DNA from: Leptospirales bacterium
Lineage (GTDB): Bacteria > Spirochaetota > Leptospiria > Turneriellales > JAOUFE01
Reading direction: 5' to 3'
DNA length: 29,612 nucleotides
Assembly (NCBI GenBank): GCA_040326155.1
Contig: JBEQLE010000054.1
Span: forward strand, 1-29,612
Shown here one piece after another: positions 29,539 through 29,612 of this stretch (positions within the stretch are counted from its first letter, which is position 1; every line of letters begins with the position of its first letter). Under the pieces are notes generated by a model. That model did no database searches, was not told the origin of the DNA, and saw only the letters and a program-made list of their open reading frames with translations. The position numbers and the translations under genes are program-made.

Positions 29539-29612
29539 ATGAGTACTAGTCAGGTAATTAAAGCGGTTTTTCCTACAGACAAGACAAAGAAAAGTAATGA
29601 GTGGTTTACACC
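29539..29612 (+). CDS. 5' end of an ORF (partial), possibly a phage-type DNA N6-adenine methyltransferase
   Basis: Strong RBS AGGAGG precedes ATG 29539. It translates as MSTSQVIKAVFPTDKTKKSNEWFT(P), and EWxTP resembles phage Dam-like N-termini. Only 24 codons are visible. Confidence 0.45.
   Translation, partial: MSTSQVIKAVFPTDKTKKSNEWFT

Overview
This is an AT-rich bacterial window, probably from a spirochaete (Leptospiraceae-like), inferred from an FlcA-like flagellar collar protein. The left 8 kb is accessory DNA. It starts with the tail of an acidic protein ending in EEYGYGY and a soluble VirD4/TraD-like ATPase. A 99-bp direct repeat then brackets a Panacea (DUF4065) antitoxin plus PemK/MazF-like toxin pair; the left copy is split by a complete 2621-bp IS21 element with a 5-bp CTATA target duplication. 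argH follows, then a RelE/Gp49-XRE toxin-antitoxin pair whose toxin appears internally deleted. The 8.4-16.8 kb block is a signalling cluster: an orphan PhnD/PtxB-like binding protein, a hybrid histidine kinase, an HD-GYP response regulator, an OprO/P-like porin and a CHASE3 chemoreceptor. Next come a YCII protein and a DUF2975/XRE/double C-GCAxxG-C-C/MDR oxidoreductase operon. The right end is core-like: a CBM48 protein, an FlcA-like TPR protein with 13 acidic tandem repeats, GH3 NagZ, a YrdC/YciO-family protein and queA. A phosphohexomutase is then truncated and followed by a new ORF resembling a phage DNA methyltransferase N-terminus. All family calls come from motif recognition by eye; no searches were run.
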